The notes beneath the pieces were generated by a model. It saw nothing but the letters and a program-made list of their open reading frames with translations, did no database searches and had not been told where the DNA came from. A stretch of 60,088 nucleotides of DNA, the filler included, from Porpidia crustulata (Eukaryota), in NCBI GenBank assembly GCA_964255105.1. It is 4 parts of 4 records of this genome, joined end to end, with 100 filler letters (N's around TTAATTAATTAA, not from the genome) between each part and the next. Parts side by side here need not be neighbours in the genome. Positions count along the whole stretch, not along the records: positions 15,063 to 30,017 come from CAXUWE010000348.1; positions 30,118 to 45,059 come from CAXUWE010000349.1; 2 more parts are not named here. One strand, written 5' to 3'. Positions 23,221 through 36,169 of the stretch are shown in pieces; position 1 is the stretch's first letter, and the number at the start of each line of letters is the position of its first letter. The translations under genes were made by a program, and so were the position numbers.

Positions 23221-23819
23221 TAGTTTCGGGTTCGCTTCCGCTTGTCCTCGACCCCGAACACTGACGTACCCCTCACATTCGCATTTGACGGGTCCAAGCA
23301 TAATCGTTGGGGGAGTTTTGGAGGTCTAGCGGAATGCTATGGGATTATTCTTCATCATCCCAGTATATACATACCGTCAACCTTTTGCTCATGCGTGCCC
23401 AGCGAGTCACAATAGCGCCAACAGACTCAGCCATGACCCCGGTCGCTCGCAGTACTTGGTCTGCAACGAATTCAATCGAGATGATGCGACCCTATCGTAT
23501 CTAATGGCATGTTCTCCTGCACGAGAAAATCAACATCCAGCAGTGTATTGTGCCTCCATCAATGCCTCGTAGTGGGGTACATGTGAACTAAAGCGCTACG
23601 TGCTGCACATGAAAGTTCTCTAGCCTCTCACAGCAAGGCCCCCCCCTCCCTATTGGAAGCAAAACCTCCCAAGACACCCTTGGAAGATTGGAGCCCTCAA
23701 TTGATAATCTTGATGCCACGTATTCTGAGGCCGGGGCAATCACAATTTCCCACCATTTGCTTTTGCTCCTCATCATTGCTGCCACGAGTCGTGGAGACAT
23801 GACTTCCTAGCGACACGCA

Positions 23820-25640
23820 TCAAGTCCACAACCCCGCCCATACCTTCGCATCCACCAACTCTGCTTCCTCGGTCACGGTGATCCCATACCCCAGCAGCGT
23901 TTCCAACCACTCATCTACCTCGCACCTATCCACCGCCTTGCCACCCTTCACCGTCCTCACCGCTTCGCTGGTAAACCACCCTCCCTCCGCCCGCTTGCTC
24001 TGTTCCACGCCTCCCACAATCAACGCCCATAATCTTAGCGTCCGCCACTGCGCCCAATCGACTCGTTCGCCTTGCAGCTTCTGCGCCAATTTGACCAATA
24101 GAGACGTCGTGTGCACCGGTCCAACGCCCGCCTGACGTCGGAAGGTGGCGAGGGAGAGGAGGGCAGACAGACGGGCTGTTTCGAATATGACGCCAATATC
24201 CGTCTCCTGGTTTTGTGGAGCGGCAACACTGGTATTCCGGGAGGGTTGGGACGTGGCGCAAAGCAAACAATGAGTAAGCGGATCGATAAGGGAGTGGATG
24301 AGAATTGAGTTCCGCCAAATGGCGCCATTTGTTCGGGTGGATTCAGTGCTTAGGTAGTTCATGAGGGTCGAGAGAGAAGATAGGAGTGAGGGGAGGGAAT
24401 TAGACATGGTAGGATAGCGACTTTGAAGAAGAGCTGACATGGAGAGGAGAGGGGGGAACGGGCTGGCATGAAAGGAAGAAGGGGGAACACTGGGGAGATT
24501 TGGTGGGATGGGAAATTTGGGGGGGTTGTCTTGGGCGTAGGATCCTATCACGTCGACACTGTCGGATGGGTGGCTGTGTCAGCAAAAAGAATCTACTTCG
24601 GTGAGCATAGAAGCAAGCTGGGCGATTCTACCTACATGGAGAGTAAGTTCCGCAGCAAAGTATTGTGGGCAAGGCTTTCAAGACCGCCGCGGAGTCGAAT
24701 AATTTCTTCCAAAGCCCGCATATGCATATTCCATTGATCAAAGGCTTGTATGAGATGCTATTGCGCACACGATTAACAGTCATGCTGATAACGCCTGTTC
24801 CAATGCAGACCTACAGTTTGACAGACAAACCCGATCACGGCTCCAACGACTCCATCACTGACGCCGAGAGCAGGGTCTAGCAGTCTCTCCTTGACGGATT
24901 TGACCGCCAGATCGTGATAGGACAACGATTCCCAGACGGGAATGTGGTGGTACAGAGAGTACATGTGGAAGGCAAACATGGAAAGGACTTGCTGGAAGGC
25001 TGCCGGATCTGCTAAACCTACGAGAAGCCAGCCGTCTCGGTATAGGCCAAAATTACCAACGATGGAATCGTCAAACACTGCGTTCAGTAGAGGTTAGGTA
25101 TCTCATGGCAGTAAAAGCGGCAGGGCACGTTGGAACGTCTTCCCGTTAGCCGTTTGACTCACTGTAGCTGATCAAGCGATGCGTCTTTGCATCCATCTCG
25201 ATGGGATAGCAAAGGAACGGGTTGGACCTTCCGGAACCTAGAGTTCCCAATTGAAGTCGTGGAGGTGTCTGTGTCGGACCGGTCCAAACGTCCCCTAGCA
25301 AATCATTCCGCCAAGTTGACGTCCGGTTTCCGTGTTTGGGGGACCGAGATATCTTGATTTGATCTGTCGATTGCAGTCCTCGAGAATCACTTGGGCCGTT
25401 GGACCTTTCAAGTGGGTCCGAGACAGTTTCGCGCGTTAGACGGGATTTCGTCTGGATGACCGGCCACGGTTGGAGGACGCCGGGACACTTCCCACCTTTG
25501 TCGTTGGATCGCCTCGTTTTCCCAATATCCTGCATTACACGCTGCCGGATCTGTGTTTGAACTGCGGGGGTATTCCGCGGATCATCTGGGGTGGTCGTCA
25601 GAAAGAGGAAAGCATCGGCAGCGGGCTTTTGGGCAAGCAT
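23820..25640 (-). CDS. Fungal TF-like protein without a Zn cluster (Fungal_trans_2-like), about 4 exons
   Basis: N-terminal FLFLTTTP...IRQRVMQD, LGSGRSNPFLCYP, DPAAFQQVL, VSDGVVGAVIGF, WNMHMRALEEIIRLRGGLESL and LRLWALIVGG; GT-AG introns between the ORF pieces. Confidence 0.72.
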
Positions 25641-26301
25641 GGTGATCACGACGCCTGAAGTGCCAGACGTGCATTAGCCTAGCCTAGTCCAACCTTAACA
25701 TTGGCTTTGGCACGCTGAGACGTTGTGTTCAAGAGGGAGCGTTAAGAGCAAATGTTGATTTCAAAGACCAATGACATCACTTCGTAGCATGACCCTGTGG
25801 TTGAGGAAGCTGATACCAAACACCCTATGACGAAAGCCGTTGCACTTCCCCATCCAGACACCATTTGCCGCATTGGGTTAGTAGAGTAGATCTCGGGACG
25901 GCAGCCAGCGGCTCCGGGCAAGCCGAGCGATCAAGCAACTAAATACGCGAATATACCCCTCACTCGAACACACTCTGACTCCCACAACTCAAAGTATGTT
26001 GGGATGATGGGAGGCAAACGGAATGTGCCTAACGTCAGGATGGTCAGTGTTTCTGTTTCTATTTTGCCTAGGTTGCTGCTTGCCTCGGCTGTTTCCTCAT
26101 TGAGATACCATTGTCCCGAAGAAGATAAGCGCCGTCCCACACATTTTCCATTCTGAAGGCCATCAACAACGGTGGCACAAGGTGAGAAATGGCTTCTTAT
26201 AAGGGTAACACTATGTCCTTCCGACTGTCCAGCCGTCTTCCGTCAAGCACCGCTGTTCTGTTCTGCCTGGCCGTGTACATCATATATTTGTCCAGAGTAA
26301 G

Positions 26302-27849
26302 ATGTCTCTCTCTGGTCCACGGCATGAGAAACAGGGAGAAGGGGCAGATACAGAAGCGGTCACGCCGACATCGAAGAGTCCGCCATTCTCGCCGCTTCAC
26401 GAATTGGTATTCGTGGCCATTATTTGCTGCACGCAATTGATCACCCAATCCGCTCTCGGCTTGGTACTTGTCCCTCTCCAGCTCATTGGCCCCAGTTTTC
26501 GAAACGATTCGGTGAACCAACGTAGTTGGTTTCTTGCAGCCTATAGCCTCACGGTGGGCACTTTCGTTCTCATCGCAGGCCAGCTGGGTGACATCTATGG
26601 CATTAAAAAGATGTTTGTGGGTGGTTGGTTGTGGTTTGCCCTATGGTCATTGGTGGCAGGTCTGAGTGTCTATACATCATCGGCCATATTCTTCGACATA
26701 TGCAGAGCGTTGCAAGGCATCGGCCCGGCGTTTCTCCTACCCAACGGCTTGGCCATTCTAAGTAGCGCGTATCCATCTGGAAGGAGGAAGGAGATGATCT
26801 TCGCTTTCTTTGCAGCGGCAGCGCCAGTTGGATTCGTGGTAGGGGCATTGATTGGTTCGCTCTTCGCTCAATTGCTGTGGTGGCCCTGGGGCTCTTACTG
26901 TACTAGCATCGTCTGCTGCATAATCGCTCCAGGAGCGTATCTTGTCGTGCCTGCTGAAGAAATGTCTCCTGGAGCTAAAGAGGAGTTTGATTCTCTGGGC
27001 GCGGCCCTTGGTGTTGCCGGTCTTATTCTAATCAACTTCGCCTGGAACCAAGCCCCGATTACTGGCTGGAGTACTCCATATAATTACGCGACTCTGATAG
27101 CAGGTATTATGGTCTTGGTTATCTTTAGTTTTCATGAGCGCAAGTGTCCAAATCCACTACTTCCAATGGACATCTGGAATCGAAGCACGGCCTGTGTGCT
27201 TATCTGCCTGGGCCTAGGATGGAGTAGCTTTGGTGTCTGGATATTTTATACTTATCAGCTCATTGAGGTATTACGTGGTGTCACGCCTCTGATTGCGGCT
27301 ACACAGTTCATCCCGGAAACAATATCAGGCATTGCCGCCGCTGTTGCCACGGGATATTTGCTTAGCAGAGTGCGGCCAGCGTGGATGATGTTTATAGCTT
27401 CAACCGCATTTTTTGCGGGTTGTCTGCTTTCGGCCACCGCACCGGTGAGGCAGACTTACTGGGCTAACATATTTGGATCTATGATAGTGATGGCATGGGG
27501 GTAAGTCTCTTCACTACTTTTTGAGACAAGGAGTTGAACTGATGCGTTCACATGAAGCATGGATATCAGTTTCCCGGCCTCGACCATGATCTTAAGTGAT
27601 ATGGTCTCCGCCAAACGCCAGGGAGCCGCTGCTTCTCTCGTCAACACCGTTGTTAATTATTCCGTCTCTATCGGATTGGGAATCGCAGGAACAGTGGAGA
27701 CCTGTGCGGACAAGGACGGACTTCATGCATTGCAAGGGTATCGAGCTGCGTTGTGGACCTCAGTAGCGCTGAGTGGATGTACGTGGATTACATCCCTTGG
27801 TTTTGCTGGTTGGATGACGTGGAAAGAAACAAGATGGGGGAGACACTAG
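26302..27849 (+). CDS. MFS drug:H+ antiporter, DHA2 (14-TM) family, Atr1-like; intron 27501-27557
   Basis: SWFLAAYSLTVGTFVLIAGQLGDIYGIKK, RALQGIGPAFLLPN, FAWNQAP and WG|MDISFPASTMILS...QGAAASLVNTVVNYSVSIGLGIAG. Confidence 0.92.
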
Positions 27850-28632
27850 TTGTGGCGATGACATAATTTCGAAGATCAATTCACCATTTGAGGCAGCCAG
27901 ATTAGCTAGATGAACCTGGCAGGACTCAGAAAGATTGTAAACCGCTGCATTACAAATACTGTGTCAAGTACGGTTAGAATACTTTACGAATAAAGTACAG
28001 AAGACAATATCTAACGCCGTAATAAACTAACCTTCATTGAATCAAAAAAGTCAATTCGTCAAATTGAATAATCAACGACCAAGGCAATGAATTCAATGAA
28101 AGGGAATCATAATGCATAACGGCCAACCGAGATCAGACCTGCGCTACCCTGCAAGATGGATACTCCCAAGTTCGACCAATTCCCTTATTAGGACAGGAAT
28201 CGTCGCGGAGCAAATCGCAAGGAGTCGCTTTGGGATTGCCCCATCTCGGAAAAGGGCTTCTGGGATATCGCATGTCATCCCATGATCCTTCCGGGATGGC
28301 ACCTTTGCAGTCGGTTCTGCTTTGCCACACCAGCAGAGCTGTCCTGCCCCTGCCAGAGAGCGGAGCCGTGTCTCTAGAGTTCCTCCGTAGGGTTAGTCGG
28401 CTTGCATGTCATTTGTTTCGCTGGCATAAAGTCGGTTGTCTTTCAATTGCGTGGGTTGTTCACGGTATAACTGAAGGCTTTGTTTGTGACCGGGGAACAG
28501 CTGCCACATCAGAATTTCAACGCTGCAACGTTCTTCTTGACTATTTGGCACTCGCAAATTTGGATCGTTGAGTAATTGTCCTCAACCTTTCTTCGCTGCG
28601 CTGCATTTGAGCTGAAGGAAAGGGCCCTAGTC

Positions 28633-30017
28633 ATGGACCCCTACTTAGACAACTTTCGATTCACTCCACGCATCGGTAGATCATTGCGGGTGATTGTTGT
28701 CGGAGCTGGAATCGGTGGTCTTACTGCTGGCGTTGGTGAGGTACATCACATTTATCATATGGAGGACTGTTTGATACTTGCCAGCCCTCCGAAAACTGGG
28801 CCATGAGGTGATCATTCTTGAGCAAGCGCCAGAAATTACAGAAGCCGGGGCTGGCATTCAAATTGTCGGTCGCTTGGAGGAGGTTCCTACATGCCTGACG
28901 CTGATATATCGACAGGCTCCGAACGCAGCACGTGTTTTGAGGCGACTGGACCTGCTCAAAGACCTCCTGAAATATGCAGCTCAACCAGCAATGACTCTCA
29001 TGAGACGATACGCCGATGATCAAGAGCTGGGCCCGCGAAGCCATATCAGCAGTGCTTTATCCAAGAAATACTCAGCACCGATGCTGGTCGTGCACCGTGG
29101 AGATCTACAGCACGTTCTCCATGAGGCCGCCAACAATCAGGCCGTTGACATTCAAACGAAGGCAAGAGTCGTCAACATCGACCCGAATTTTGAAGCGCGG
29201 GTGCAACTGTCATCAGGGGAGTGGGTCGAAGGCGACTTACTCATCGGGGCTGACGGCATCCACAGCCGGAAACGGGCCCAGGTCGCTTCCCATCTCGGCG
29301 TCAACGACCAAATATCCCCAGCAGGCCACTCCGCGTATCGCATAACAATGCCCCGCGACCGACTCGCCCAAGAACCGGAGATTCTCCGCCATCTCGACCT
29401 TGGTATCAGCACTCGGTAGATGGGCCCTGGAGGCCACATCATGGCCTACCCCGTGCGGAGAAACCGCCTCTACAACATGGTCTTCCTGCACCCCACCAAG
29501 CCCGGCAAAACCAACGAAGCCAACCTCTGGAGCCAAAAGGGCGACAAGCAAGAAATGGCATCCTTCTACCGATCCTGGAGCCCGACGGTGCGCCGCTTCA
29601 TCTCTTACGCGCCCGCCTCCGACCTCATGGAATGGCCGCTGAACCTCCGCCCCCCGCTGCCCCGCTGGGCCGTCCACAAGACCGCCCTCCTCGGCGACGC
29701 CTGCCACCCCATGCTGCCGTACNNNNNNNNNNAAGCCATCGAAGACGCCGCCGTGCTCGCCGTCTGCCTGTCCATGACCGCCGACGTCGCCCGCGCGCTC
29801 GCCGTCTACGGCGCCGCGCGCAAGCCCCGCGCCGACCGCATCCAGAACTCCGCGGCCGCGACCGCGCACGCCCTGCATCTCCCGGACGGACCGGCGCAGG
29901 AAGAGCGCGACCGCTGGTGGCAAGAGCCCAGATCTGTGGGCCGACGCCGAGTTTCAGGATCTCATGTGGGGGGTCGATGTGATGCGAGACACGCAGGAGA
30001 GGTGGGAGGCCCTGAAG
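28633..30017 (+). pseudogene. FAD-dependent monooxygenase (salicylate hydroxylase-like, class A) with an in-frame TAG and a 3' frameshift; runs to contig end
   Basis: VIVVGAGIGGL, EAGAGIQI|APNAARVL, VHRGDL, DLLIGADGIHS, TR*MGPGGHIMAYP (TAG 29417-29419) and LLGDACHPMLPY..AIEDA. The tail KSPDLWADAEFQDLMWGVDV lies in a different frame after ~29912. 10-N gap at 29723-29732. Confidence 0.85.
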
Positions 30018-30117
30018 NNNNNNNNNNNNNNNNNNNNNNNNNNNNNNNNNNNNNNNNNNNNTTAATTAATTAANNNNNNNNNNNNNNNNNNNNNNNNNNN
30101 NNNNNNNNNNNNNNNNN
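30018..30117. other. Artificial contig-joining spacer N44-TTAATTAATTAA-N44
   Basis: Identical 100-nt spacer. Confidence 0.97.
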
Positions 30118-33100
30118 CTCTCTCCCCACGCTGAAGATGCTTCTCTCCGTCCCGGTCCTGGTGCCTGCCGGCCTGCATGCCTACCTACCTACCTCACCCA
30201 CCGACATGCGTGACTGCGGAAACCCCATCCCCAGCCGCCGGCCACGCAGACGCACAATCCCACCATCCGCCCTTCTGGTTTTCGTGAATCCAATCCAAAA
30301 CCACGAGCGAGCCGAGAGGAAGGGGGGGCGAGACGGTCACCGTTGTGCAATACGGGGAGCCACCATCGTCGTTAATGCCCGTGATGGGAATGAAAGCAAA
30401 ACGCCGCTGTCCGAATGCCGTGAGACCCGCGCTGCGCCAAAGTGCAAGTTGGTGGATATGTGAAGAACGCCGAATCCCGCCGCTGGTCGCGGGGGGGGGC
30501 GATACGCTTGAAGTACGAATGACGCTTTGGCCAGCCGCTTCCACGATGAAAGACGCTTTCGTGATGAGAGAAGAGGATGAATGCAGATCTCCTGGCCTGC
30601 ACCAACGCCGGTCAACGCCGCCGGATGATACAACGGTTGATTCCACATCGGTCGAAACCAGAATGTGCTTGTCCGTTATTAAATATTCAGCCAGCACCGA
30701 CGCCCATGGCCCCGCCCCCGGCAGGCGGCGGACCGTTTCGTTTACCTCCACCTCCCCAGCCGGAATGCCGATGATTCCTCCTCTCTCGCTCCCCTTGACT
30801 GATCTGACTCTCGCTGCTCCCTTGCCTTCGATGGTACGCACTCTGTTCCCCAAACCCGCCAGACTGACCCTGCTGGCCAACCTGCCCGTTCTGGTACGTA
30901 GGTGCGCTCGGAGCTTGGACCGGCCGGACTGAACTTTGGGATTGGTAGGGATCGGTGTCGATGTGGGTGATGACTGGCTTGATGGCGCCGTTATCACCGC
31001 GTGAATTGGGGGGATTTGAGGAGCCAGGCTGGTCGGGGGCGGACGCTGGGTCAGTAATGTGGGGCCGATGCGCGGGGGAGCGACCGATATCGCCGTAGCG
31101 TTTGAGAATTTCCTTTGTGGTGATGTCGGAGGAGTTGTTGAAGAGGGACGAGTCGTTGAGGATGGATTGCAAGTCTTCGGGAACCTAGTGGGATTTGAGC
31201 AATCAGATCTCAATACTTTTCGGGAGAGATTTCTTGGGGATAGGGGAAATGGGGACATACTTCGCACATCTCGCCATTGTACTCGATGAGCGAGTTGACA
31301 GCCTCAATTGCTAGGAAACTACTTTCATCCATACCGACAATAGGGGTTTTCTCTTTGAGGATATTAGGGGTTATGACGGTGGCGAGGTTGTGGGTATCCA
31401 TTTTACTTCCGGTTTCTTCGTCTACAGAGGAGAAAGACGAGGCCCAGACTAGGAAAGAGAAGAGGACCTCAAGAGAGTCGCGGTGGCTCTTGGGTAGGAG
31501 ACAGCAGGTAAGGTGTAAGACCCTCCTCCGCTTATCCTCATCAGCGATTTCTAGGTCAATTAGCATACCAATCGCAAATTGAGTAGCATTAGTTGACACA
31601 TACTTTGTGAGGTGATGAACAGGCGGTAGAGCTTATAGGTCAGCAAAGGATCAGGAAGCTCTCTCAAGAATCTATTCAGCAAAGCGGCAACCTGCACAGG
31701 GTTTTCCTGGGACAAATCAATTGTGTTCTCCTTCGTGTCAATCCTGTCGGCCAAATCCTTGAGCCCTCGTATGTTCCCGTTTTTGCGGAAAACACCCTCA
31801 ACCGACATGTCCATCTGTCTCATCGCTGAGATCGCGTCGTCGATGATTCCGGGTATCCTTAAGGTACCAGGTCCAATTCCGTATGAGGACTCGATGCCAT
31901 CGCGTTCCACAAGAACATCTAGAGGAACACCAAAAACGCCCTTCTTCTTGCCGCTCCTCAAAGCTTTGTCGTTCTTGAAAGCTTTGCCAAATTTTCCCCA
32001 GAAAGTTGGTTTTCTTGTCTCAATGAGTTGGAGCAATTCCTCTAGATTGTAGTGGCCTTCGAGTAGAGGCTCCATTGATAACACTGCCACATGTCGAACT
32101 ATGAAATACTCTAGCGCAGAGAGTTCGGAGAAATATCTTTTGGTCCGCTGTTGACCTTTCTCAGCAGCCGCCGCTAGATCGAGATTATTTCCCCCGGATA
32201 GGTCACGTTGATGACCGCTGTATAATTTTGGTTGCGCGCCAGTAGAGATCAGCTGGTTTCTCGCGTGCTTGTAAGCATTAGGTCGCTGTTCCTTGGCTTG
32301 CTCTGCTGCAACGATTCTGGGTATGTCATCCAGGGTCAGCGCGTCCTGATTTCCGAACGTCAGATCTGAAGTAGCTTCTCCATTCGCATCTCGGTCTTCC
32401 ACGATATGAAACCCACGATCATTACGGTTGGACCCATCGGCTCCGGACGACCCCGGTCGTATGCTCCGTCCCTCAGGTCGGTCGATGATCCGGGAGGTGC
32501 GAGCTTTTTTAGATGTCATGGACAGTTGTGTGTCCATTCGGGTAGACCGGAGTCTTTTCATCTCTCCCACGGTCTGTTCGTATGAGGAGGATCCAGTCCT
32601 TTCTTCTGAAGGAGTCCCAGCATATGATTTAGACCTAGAGCTTGACCTGAGAAGAGGGGGTTCTAACCGACCCCCAGCTGTTACCCGATGGCCTTCGTTT
32701 GAATCGTACGTCCTTAGATTTGGGTCATCTGTGGATGCTGTCAGGGTCTTATTGCCACACTACACATTCACCGACCTACCTGATGTGTGTGGAAGAGTGC
32801 CACCAGCCCGCAAGACCGACAGAAGTCTCGCAAGAGCCACTCGGAGTAAATATACATATTGCTGCAATCTGGTAATTTGCTTGAACCCTTCGATGGCATC
32901 AGGCGCCTGGCCTCTGTCCATCACACAACGCCGGCAGATAGGCCGCTGTTCACGCCCACTCCATAGGGCAACGCTGAGGTCTTCTCCAAGGTTGGTTCTA
33001 CAGTTATCGCAAGTGAGGTGTTTTGTGTGCCATCTGTACTGGCTCATTTTTACACACTCTTCTTGGATTGGCAGCTTACACTCGTAGCAGAGATCTGACG

Positions 33101-34656
33101 TCTGATCCGCTAGACCCGAAACGCCAGCAGTAAGATCCAAGGATTGATCTGCCTCTTTGACTGATTCCAAATCTCCCAGCTCTTCAAGGAAGCGGTTCAA
33201 GCCTTCGACGTTGCGCCGCTCACGCTCCAGTTTGAGAGCGCCTTGCAAACTAATGCGAATTAGGAGTTTGAGGTAATGTGCGAGGCTCGTGACCAGTGAC
33301 AAAAGCTCTTGCGTGACACCCAATTTCTTGACTCCAGTTTCTTGGGTCTTTGAGAGCAACGAGAAGAAGGCAACAATTTTTTTATAGAGCAGCTTTGCCT
33401 CTCGGCCAAATACAAGACCTGACCTCGGATTAGCGATCAGACGTATCGTAAACCGCACAAACTTGGGTGTTCATACCTTTCATACCATCAGAGGTCATGA
33501 GGACGTCCAGCTGGTCAGTAGCTGCAAAAAGGATATCGACGTGCCAGATGAACTGCTTAGCTACCAAGACACCTTCGACATAGGCGCCGTTGCTGACTTG
33601 AAGTAACATATTGGAGATACACCCAGCAGAGGACTCTTCGAAAGCGGAAAGTGTACTCCAAATGCGATAGACTTTCTCTTCCATATGCTCCTCTTCCTCA
33701 CGCACGATGGTACGTTTCTCTTCAGTGGCATCCTCTTCAGCCAGTAATTCCGCAGTTTGGCCGCCCGGTGGGCCTAGACGAACGTTCCAAAACTTGTGTA
33801 TCATGTAGCACTCTGGATGCCAATGTTGATTTTGCCCATTTCTGAAGATCTCCACGAATTGCTTCAAAATTGCTGTTTGGCAGCCGTTGCAACGCTGTGC
33901 AAAGTGCGTGGAATAGTGGTAGTGACAGTATATCTTCCCCTCGTGCTCGTAGTAACTATCCTGAGCACCAAAGACAGTCGGGCACACGGAGCAGGTGAAA
34001 TGTTCAATGTGGTATTTTCGCTCAACAGCTGTGATATACGATCCGCGGAGCGCCCCTCCACACGAGTGGCACAGCAGGTCGAGTCGCCGAAAATAATCGG
34101 TCTCACACAGAGGGTATTGGCCAATGCCGTCCTCGTTATCCACAGGAAAGAATTTCGAAGCGACGATTTCTGAACAATCCTATTATGTGGCATTAGTCCC
34201 GAATCTTAGGCTTGAAAGAGGGAGTGCCCTCACCTGACACCTGAAACATTGCAGATGAAATGTTCCTTCGAGAGCCCTGACGAACTGCCCAGTGAGAGGC
34301 TCATTACACTTATTACAGAACCTCATGGTCCCACCAGTCGACTGAGATCCCGAATGGCCATTTGTTCGCGACCTTTCACGAAGTGGTAAATCCATAGTAT
34401 TGTCCCGATTTCTGTCTCTGCCTTCCCGGCCATCTACAGGTGAAGGGGGTAAGCTACCCTTGAGAGTTTGTTCGTCTCCTGCGGCCGAACCCATAAACCG
34501 TTGCTGAGATGCATCCGAAGCCATGTGACCGTTTGTGCCTTTCTGCTGGTTCCCTGATTCATTATTTTGCTGCCATGGCGATCCTCGATTACCGTAAGCC
34601 CCATCGCCTGCCCGCCTGTCTGTCGACGGCCGTCCTTCTGATTGTGGGCTCATCAC
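30118..34656 (-). CDS. LRG1: LIM-domain Rho GTPase-activating protein (Lrg1/Rga1-like), multi-exon, 3' end cut by contig end
   Basis: LIM domains CNKCNEPLTGQFVRALEGTFHLQCFRC, CHSCGGALRGSYITAVERKYHIEHFTCSVC and CNGCQTAILKQF...WHPEC; RhoGAP motifs VFGVPL, VEGVFRKNGN, FLRELPDPLLT and SKMDTHNLATVITPNI. Confidence 0.9.
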
Positions 34657-36169
34657 TAGCTAATCACCCGGAGCACTCTTGCCTCGTGGTACTAAAGCCC
34701 TAGTATCCAATTTTGGGTGTAAACTACCCCTCCAAGCACCACATGAGGTTTGGTTCAAGCTTGCCCCGAAGGTGTATCCTGGGGCGGTATATGCTTAAGA
34801 ACGTAGAGACCGTTGCCCCCGAATAGTGTATCTAGGGGCTATTCACTTGACGTCTGTCTACCTAGGCTGTTCACGCTGTAGATTCGTTCGAGTATGTTCG
34901 CCGATTTAGATTAGTCGAAGTGGGTGTCTCTGCATTAATAGATCATCAGTCCAGCTCTAGAGGCACAGCGACGGTTAATATGGAACAACAAAAGTCTGCG
35001 CAGCGGATCGTGTAGCCTAAATTGAGTACAGAGAAACTGATTATTGTAGGCGCATGGGTTTGTTGATGTGGGCGTACAGGTGATGCTTGCGCCTCTCGAA
35101 GGAATGTCGGCTATCCGTAATATATCTAATAGAGTAGAGATGGGAACACGAAGCTCAATCAGGCAACGCGAATGTCCAGTGTGGCAATTTTTGGCGTCAA
35201 GTGAGGTAGAGTTGTCAAATACCAATAGTCAAAGCGAAGAGTGACCTGTCCTAGGTTGAGCTGTCACATCGGAATCTTGTGTACGGATTGATTTGATGTA
35301 GAGTGCTACAGGCACGGGGGGCTCGTGGTCCAGGAAACGCTTCGGCTGTGGGGATCGATTTTAGAGCCTTCCATGGAAACAATTCAACCAAATGTGCCCT
35401 TCTAGCATGTCGCGGGCGTCATTACACGAGGTTTGGTTTACGGACTACGCAGACTGTGGAGAGAGATTCGGTTTAGAGCAAAGCGCCATGAGGCTCTACA
35501 GAAAGGTGCTCTACTACGTAGTTGCCTCGCAGCACCTGCGTCATCCGACCCCGTCTCTCTGATCCCTCTACCGGCTTGAGGAAGCATAGCTATATTTTCT
35601 CAACTTCCATTCATCGCCAAACAATCGCAATATGGTTGTCACTTTCTCATCTGACCCCTAGAAATATGGCTGCGAGGAATTGTTCTGCTGGAGCCACGAA
35701 GCCTACAATGCACCCTATCGGTGCTCGAATGTAAATTATAGGTACTTACAGGGGTCTCTGTAAGGTACATGCACCTGCTACTGCTGGTTGTACATAATAA
35801 ATAATGGCACGGGGGTAGTGAGTTCTGAACAACTACGAATTCTATGCCATGGGCTGGCTGTTTGTTTGCCTTGACTGCCTCCTTCCTTCCAACCATTTAA
35901 TTAGGGAATTAATTCACCAGGCTGCTATGCGGCTATCGCTCGCATCCGCCTCGTCCACAATCATTCACAATCGCCCATTCACAATCATTTCATCATCAAT
36001 GCAATCATGTTCGCCAGGCTATCGGTGAACGGACAAACTACCTAGCAAAGATCAAATAGGCACCTTATCAAGAGGTTATTAACCCTCACTTGGTTCCAAT
36101 CTTTCTTACCACGAACACCCAACTTGTTTCGTGGTCCTGCCTTACCAATTCAATTGAACAATTGGGCCA

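Noticed and set aside
29237..29982. Antisense and alternative-frame ORFs over the monooxygenase, and similar ones over PRI1 exon 4 and the AQR 3' region
   Set aside because: Shadow ORFs caused by high GC at third codon positions.
15063..30017. hapX as a functional member of the adjacent redox cluster
   Set aside because: hapX is a conserved global regulator; I saw no siderophore genes, or SreA boxes in the cluster promoters, that would link them.
30194..31267. 357-aa minus-strand ORF and 195-aa plus-strand ORF as separate genes
   Set aside because: They lie over the 3' exons and intron of the LIM-RhoGAP in a GC-rich, stop-poor stretch.
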